64,000 bases of DNA, from positions 34,596,001-34,660,000 of the forward strand of contig OZ360222.1 in NCBI GenBank assembly GCA_977017645.1, read 5' to 3'. This document shows positions 58,801 to 64,000 of this stretch, piece by piece. Below the pieces are notes generated by a model. It ran no database searches. It saw only the letters and a list, made by a program, of their open reading frames with translations, and had not been told where the DNA came from. This stretch comes from Torpedo marmorata. Taxonomy: Eukaryota. The stretch's first letter is position 1. Each line of letters opens with the position of its first letter. The translations under genes and the position numbers were made by a program.

Positions 58801-60419
58801 ATCAGTTCCTCCTTGGTCTTAAATCTACTTCCCCCAATCTTGCACCTACGTCCCCTAGTTCTATTCTCACTCGCCAGTGGAAACAATCTCCCTGCTATCT
58901 TTTCTATTCCTTTCACAATTTTGTTGATTTCTACAGGATCCCTCCTCATCCTTCTAAATTCCAATAAGCGTAGTCCCAGGCCACTCAGTCTCTCCTCAAA
59001 GCAAATGCCCTCATTTCCAGAGTCAATCTAGTGAGCCTTCTCTGCACTTCCTCCAGTATGGAGACCACAATTGCACAATTCTCCATGTGCAGCTTCACCA
59101 GTACCATGTAGTGTTATAGCAGATCCTGCCTGCTGTTAAATTCAAGTTTTTCTAGCAATGAAGGCCAACATCAATTTGCTTTTGTGTGTTTTTACCTGCT
59201 GCACCTGCAAACTAACCTTTTGTAATTCACATATAAGCGCTCCCAGGTCTCTCTGCACAAAAGCATGCTGCAATTTTTAACCATTTGAACAATGGTCCAA
59301 TTTACTACTTTTCCTTCCAAAATAGATCTCATATTTACCAGTGTTGTACTCCATCTGCCAGATCCTTGACCCACACATGGTTGGCACTACACGATTACAG
59401 CGTCAGCGACCCAGGTTCGAATCTGGCGCTATCTGCAAGGAGTTTGTACGTTCTCCCAGTGATGATATACTATCTTTTTCTAATTGGTGCTGAACTGAAT
59501 TGTTTACTGGGCCATTTCAGAGATTACCTGAGAATCAACTAACCAAAGCAAAACTCCCCCCCCCCCCCACAATTTAGCCATCTCACAATCACTTTGACGT
59601 ATACACTTTTCTACACACTATCCCAGATTTTACCACTTCAATGTTAATTCCCCAGCTGCATTGGTGGGATTCAAGCCTGTTCTAAGGTTAAGAGCCCAAA
59701 TCTCTGTATATTTGTCCAGTATGCAACCAGGCCCATATTCACTGTAATGTCAAAAATCTGAAAGCTTTCAAAAGCTATGCCACAAAGAACATACCCCATT
59801 AGTCCATCGAATAATTGGTTTCTCTGTCACAAAAGAAATTTTAGTCTCTTTAGCATGAAATACAGGAGTTGAAGATCTACTTGGTGAGGCACATGGTGAA
59901 TCCAAGGGTGTGGAGCGAAGGTTGGATCGCAAGATTGATTGAGGAGTAAAATTAGCAAAAGTGGTTTCTGTAGACATAAATGCTCTTGCTTTCTAAAAAA
60001 GAAAAACAAAGCTTTTTTAAAAATTTACCATTGCACACCAGATTTGATGATTACACTTTGCCATTAAAACCATTCCACAAACCTCTGAAAACCAAAATAC
60101 TACTTCTTAAAACAATACTACGCAGAAGCAATTCACATAACACATTTAAAGTAGAAGCAACTTATTTAGTTTAAAAATGCAATACAGTCTGTCCAAGAAG
60201 TATCTAGAAGTTAATTTAAATACCTTCACCACAGGTGGTGTTTGCAAAAGTTTTAGTTCCGATGCCTTAGAAATGCCTCCAAGGTAGCCTCTATTGACAG
60301 TATGTAATTGCAATGGACTGGTTGTCATCCAAGAAGAATCAGCCTTAGTTTGTGTATAACGAGTGGGCTCTACTTTAATGGTTGCGGGAGACTTCAGCTG
60401 TCGCATAGAATCCAATAAC
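43587..60419 (-). CDS. AHCTF1: Protein ELYS / AT-hook-containing transcription factor 1, 3' portion of spliced gene (5' part lies beyond the right edge)
   Basis: Recognisable ELYS blocks: SELKLLQTPPVVK, FTPQSILRSNLRSTPL, KETKISFV and C-terminal SWTAPPVEIEFLSPLPSP...VTRRK. Long disordered S/T/E-rich region and a very large internal exon. Adjacent to KIF28. Confidence 0.88.
43928..44061 (-). CDS. AHCTF1: AHCTF1 penultimate exon (DLDILKDD...IRTRRRTTRLRVKKSP)
   Basis: ttcag acceptor, gtagtt donor, 134 nt, Arg-rich. Confidence 0.8.
44454..44557 (-). CDS. AHCTF1: AHCTF1 exon (VEKTTLQDP...FIFSTPLTRSGRR...PLQ)
   Basis: aatag acceptor, gtagtg donor, 104 nt, phase 1 to 0. Confidence 0.78.
45481..47884 (-). 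CDS. AHCTF1: AHCTF1 giant exon (2404 nt) with coding tandem repeat and basic TRS-rich region
   Basis: 800-codon open frame, ttacag acceptor, gtaatt donor; NFTLVLEDG block and basic RRSTR/TRS motifs typical of the ELYS C-terminal region. Confidence 0.88.
46511..47347 (-). repeat. Coding minisatellite: 21 units (18 x 39 bp + 3 x 45 bp) encoding GQSTD(TG)NSTEVLKG
   Basis: Units counted directly in the DNA and in the translation. Confidence 0.97.
49071..49246 (-). CDS. AHCTF1: AHCTF1 exon (LIIVDNKDITETE...NTQFLQ)
   Basis: Strong pyrimidine tract plus ccag acceptor, gtaata donor, 176 nt, phase 1 to 0. Confidence 0.72.
49745..49992 (-). mobile_element. Full-length tRNA-derived V-SINE (HE1-like)
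   Basis: 5' gggcggcacggttagcgcaacgc (A box), B-box-like ggtatgaatcc, V-core ggagtttgtatgttctccctgtgtctg...ccggtttcctcccac, AT-rich tail. Confidence 0.85.
50157..51085 (-). mobile_element. Two Penelope-like 3' fragments (about 50157-50360 and 50573-51085)
   Basis: VASHFN...LEEQCLIFRLG remnant and terminal-repeat motif. Confidence 0.8.
52112..52350 (+). mobile_element. V-SINE copy
   Basis: A/B-box remnants plus V-core and T-rich tail. Confidence 0.8.
53166..53290. mobile_element. Partial Tigger/pogo-like MITE
   Basis: TA-cagtaaaacccc end; reverse-complement match to 63200-63298. Confidence 0.65.
53344..53459 (-). CDS. AHCTF1: Probable AHCTF1 exon (ERMHPEKQEEQLLSQ...TTDAD)
   Basis: tgcag acceptor, gtatgt donor, 116 nt, phase 2 to 1, purine-rich open frame. 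Confidence 0.5.
54774..54876 (-). CDS. AHCTF1: Probable AHCTF1 exon (LDIDKNESDTAAFICSSNEEAVLL...)
   Basis: gatag acceptor, gtatga donor, 103 nt, phase 1 to 2; restores frame together with the next candidate exon; no recognisable homology. Confidence 0.5.
55217..55688 (-). CDS. AHCTF1: AHCTF1 exon, acidic disordered region (DASVDELQL...EEYVDAAE...SEE)
   Basis: Open frame of 472 nt, tcaag acceptor, gtatgt donor, phase 0 to 1. Confidence 0.78.
55778..56205 (+). mobile_element. Penelope-like 3' fragment, decayed
   Basis: VANHFN...EEQHLIFHLG remnant, pyrimidine tract, terminal motif. Confidence 0.78.
57140..57335 (-). mobile_element. V-SINE copy split by a CR1 insertion
   Basis: V-core; the 5' end is displaced to 58494-58507. 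Confidence 0.75.
57336..58493 (+). mobile_element. Decayed CR1 LINE 3' fragment nested in the 5' end of a V-SINE
   Basis: Similar to the 25129-26157 RT and tail; SINE halves at about 57140-57335 and 58494-58507. Confidence 0.85.
58590..59370 (-). mobile_element. Decayed CR1 3' fragment
   Basis: ENRTRG remnant; similar to the 11065-11835 family. Confidence 0.75.
59795..59992 (-). CDS. AHCTF1: AHCTF1 exon with PP1-docking SILR and KISF motifs
   Basis: tttag acceptor, gtatgt donor, 198 nt; KARAFMST...QSILRS...KETKISFV. Confidence 0.9.
60224..60419 (-). CDS. AHCTF1: AHCTF1 exon (LLDSMRQLKSP...SELKLLQTPPVVK)
   Basis: cttag acceptor, gtattt donor, 196 nt. Confidence 0.85.
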
Positions 60420-60516
60420 CTAAGTGAGGAAGATAATGAGGTCAGAAATACTCACTCTGAGGGCCACCGCATCCTATATTTCCAGAACAAAAGTCACAGC
60501 AAACTATTTGCAGAAG

Positions 60517-60968
60517 TTCAAGGTTCCTATTATTGTCATACAATAATACATAAAAAATATAACATAAATGATATACTTTAACTTGTGCCTGCCGTAAGGC
60601 AGACAAGAAGTGGCCATCAGCATTGCCCAGCGCCCCTTACAATAAGGGAGAAAGAGAAGCAAATGAGAGTCAAGTTTATTGTCATCTGATTGCACAAGTA
60701 CAACCCGATGAAACAGCGTTCTCCGGTCTTCGGTGCAAAACACAACCAGCATAACACACATACAGACAAACAATACATATGCAGGACAAGTATATCAATA
60801 CAAATAAATAAATATTGTTTCACGAATATGAGTCCTTTCAGAGTCACTGAGTGTCCATGGATTTGCCTCCAGCACTTTCGCAGTCTCTGCAGCTGCACAG
60901 ACACCTGTTCGATTCATTGGCAACCCGAGCTCCAGATCCAAACCTTCGACATGATCAGGAAGCCTTCA
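60517..60968 (-). mobile_element. Partial copy of the 41631-42368 repeat with a nested LINE-tail fragment
   Basis: Shared ggcaacccgagctccagatccaaacct block. Confidence 0.65.
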
Positions 60969-60971
60969 TAT

Positions 60972-62717
60972 ATAACCATATAACAATTACAGCACAGAAA
61001 CAGACCAGTTTGGCCCTTCGAGTCCATGCCGAACACCTTCTCCCACCTCGTCCCACAGACCCGCACCCAGCCCATAACCCTCCACACCTCTCTCGTCCAT
61101 ATACCTATCCAACTTTTCCTTAAACATTAAAATTGAACCTGCATCTACCACTTTGTCCGGAAGCTCGTTCCACCCTCCCACCACCCTCTGAGTGAAGAAA
61201 TCCCCCCTCATGTTTCCTCTAAACTTTTCCCCCTTCAATCTCAATCCATGCCCTCTTGTTTGAATCTTCCCCACTCTCAATGGAAAAAGCCTGTCCACAT
61301 TGACTCTATCTGTCCCCTTCATAATTTTAAATACCTCTATCAAATCACCCCTCAACCTTCTACGCTCCAGGGAATAAAGTCCCAGCCTGCTCAACCTTTC
61401 CCTGTAACTCAAACCCAGAAACCCAGGCAACATTCTTGTAAATCTCCTCTGCACTCTCTCTATTCTGTTTATATCCTTCCTATAATTCGGCGACCAAAAC
61501 TGCACACAATATTCCAAATTTGGCCTCACCAATGCCTTATACAACTTCAACATGACATCCCAACTCCTGTATTCAATACTCTGATTTATGAAGGCCAACA
61601 TACCAAATGCTTTCTTCACCACCCTATCTACGTGTGACTCAACTTTCAGGGAATTATGTACCAGAATTCCTAAATCCCTCTGTTCTACTGCACTCCTCAA
61701 TTGTCTACCATTTAACATGTATGACCTTTGCTGATTAGTCCTACCAAAATGTAGCACCTCACATTTATCAGTATTAAACTCCATCTGCCATGTTTCAGCC
61801 CACTCTTCTAACTGTCCTATATCCCCCTGCAAGCTTTGATAACCCTCTTCACTGTCCACAACACCACCAATCTTCGTATCATCTGCATACTTACTAATCC
61901 AATTTACCACCCTATCATCTAGATCATTAATATATATGACAAACAACAATGGACCCAGTACCGATCCCTGAGGCACTCCACTAGTCACCAGCCTCCAATT
62001 TGACAATTTTCCACCACTACTCTCTAGCATCTCCTATCCAACCATTGTTGAATCCATTTCACTACTTCGTCGTTAATACCTAATGCTTGAACCTTCCTAA
62101 CTAGCCTCTTATGCGGAACCTTGACAAATGCCTTACTAAAGTCCACATAGACAACGTCCACAGCCTTCCCCTCGTCAACCTTCTTAATAACCTCATCGAA
62201 AAACTCTGATATTTGTTAAACATGATCTACCACGAACAAAACCGTGTTGACTACTCCTAATCAATGCTTGTCTTTCCAAATAACTGTATACACCATCTCT
62301 AATAACACTCTCCATTAATTTACCCACCACCGATGTCAGACTCACAGGCCTATAATTTCCAGGTTTACTTTGGAGCCCTTCTTAAACAGCGGGACAACAT
62401 GAGCTACCCTCCAATCCTCCGGCACCTCCCCCGTGGCCAGTGACATTTTAAATATTTCTGTCAGAGCCCCCACTATTTGTACACTAACCTCCCTCAGGGT
62501 CCTTGGAAATATCCTGTCAGGACCTGGAGATTTATCCACCTTTATACTCTTTAAAATAGCCAATACTAACTCCTCATTAATCTTTATATTATCCATGACC
62601 TCACTACCAGATTTCCTTACTTCACCTGGCTCAATATTCCTTTCCTTTGTAAATATTGAAGAAAAAAATTCATTTAAAATTTCCCCCATCTCCTCTGACT
62701 TCTCACATAGCCTACCC
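60972..62717 (-). mobile_element. 5'-truncated CR1 LINE (RT domain plus 3' UTR, GGTTATAT-type tail)
   Basis: 347-aa ORF with [27 protein letters not shown]. Confidence 0.92.
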
Positions 62718-63087
62718 GTTACAGCAACTCCGGCAGTGCCGGCAAGATACAATGAAACTATTAATAATAACAGAATATGCTCAAGATACTCAGAAAGTGT
62801 TAATGTTCCTTCCACGATGAAAGACTATTGCTGCTTCTCTCTACAGAAGAAGCCCAAGCTGCTGAATATTTCTTGCATTTTCTTTCATTTCCGATCTCAA
62901 GAATCCACTTTTTTTTTTGGAGGATGAGTACTTAATTTCAGGTCTTTTAGAAGCAATACTCAAGAAGACTGATTATATATTTCAGAGTATAATATTGATA
63001 CTCATGTCTAATAGCCAAATATTTAAGAGGAAGTCTTGGCACCAACTAAACCCAAAACATACTAATTAAGAAAGATTGTTCAGCTAA

Positions 63088-63298
63088 TATAAAACCCCTG
63101 TTATCTGGAATTCAAGTAACTGGCAGATTCAAGCAACCTGCAAAAAAAAAAAAAAGGTGAAAAATACGGAAGTTTAAAATTATGTGCCTTGTCATTAGAT
63201 CGCCAATCCACGCATCACTCAATCTCAAGCAACCAGAAAATTCACTTATCCGGCATCTACTAATCCCCATATGTGCCGGATACCAGGGGTTTTACTGC
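63088..63298. mobile_element. Tigger/pogo-like MITE
   Basis: Inverted ends taaaacccctg...atctgg / ccggataccaggggttttactg; related partial copy in opposite orientation at about 53166-53250. Confidence 0.7.
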
Positions 63299-64000
63299 AC
63301 ATTTCTTTTTCCAGTCAATCAAATTAGTTTTTCCAGCACATAGCCAAATGAATAGTTTGGATCTCGTATATGCGGATCAAAAGAGATTATTAATCCTGAC
63401 TGGAAATAAGCCATTACAGGGAGCTGCTAATGGCTAGTATATGCTCAAGGGAAATTAATTCAAAGTATCTAAATAAGTGGTTTCCGTTGAAGCAAACAAT
63501 TTAAATCATAATTTCTCAACATTCTGCAGTTAAATAGATTTCTTAACTTTGCAGAAGGAAAATAATTTTAATTGAAGGAGAAGCATGAAGATCATTTCTG
63601 GATTGATTTTATTCACAATTATCATCAGCAATATCTGATTAGCAGAATCCAACAAGGAACAAATCAAGGGAAAATGTCTGCTCTCTGCAGCACTGCAAAA
63701 TTTATGTGATTCAGTTTTCAACAAATGAAACCCACAGCAGTCTTGAATGTAGGCATAAGCCATGCAGAAACAAAGACATTGTCCAAAGGTGGCTTTAAGG
63801 GTTTAAAAAGCAATTTAATTTTTTTTGTACAGAAAGCCAAAGTCAACGTTTAAACTGTTGCAAAGTGTGTTTTTGGAGATGCATCACCATGATGAAAATA
63901 TAAATCAGAAGGATATCAGACTTGGATATGGTGATGCTGGTATGTGGCTGTTGCCTTTATATTTTTGGGTGGTAGAGATCAAGAGCTTGGTAGGTGTTGC

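Noticed and set aside
62718-64000. Search for the next upstream AHCTF1 exon
   Set aside because: No segment with recognisable ELYS similarity and compatible splice sites was found; it probably lies beyond the window.

Overview
Eukaryotic, intron-rich vertebrate DNA, most likely from a cartilaginous fish (inferred from the CR1, V-SINE/HE1-like and Penelope repeat content). No prokaryotic systems, rRNA or CRISPR arrays are visible. Two spliced genes lie in tandem on the minus strand. The first is the 3' half of AHCTF1/ELYS (about 60419 down to the stop at 43587), including a 2.4-kb exon with a 21-unit coding minisatellite. The second starts 2.4 kb downstream: a kinesin-3 gene, KIF28-like (ATG 41156). 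For it I traced 20 phase-consistent exons (880 codons, no stops) running off the left edge; all visible junctions are GT-AG, but the exon-1 donor is hidden by a 141-N gap at 40962-41102. Introns are packed with CR1, L1/Tx1, Rex1 and Penelope-like retroelements, V-SINEs, MITEs and one solo LTR. The most notable observations are: (1) a solo LTR inserted exactly into a KIF28 splice donor, duplicating it; (2) recurrent TACCGGTA candidate transposon-excision footprints, one captured in frame inside the ELYS coding repeat; (3) about 11 copies of a minimal hammerhead-ribozyme-like motif in Penelope ends; (4) a 5'-inverted L1 with a 13-bp TSD; (5) ELYS motif changes (degenerate AT-hook, acidic FFAT). 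All calls were made by eye and repeat boundaries are approximate.
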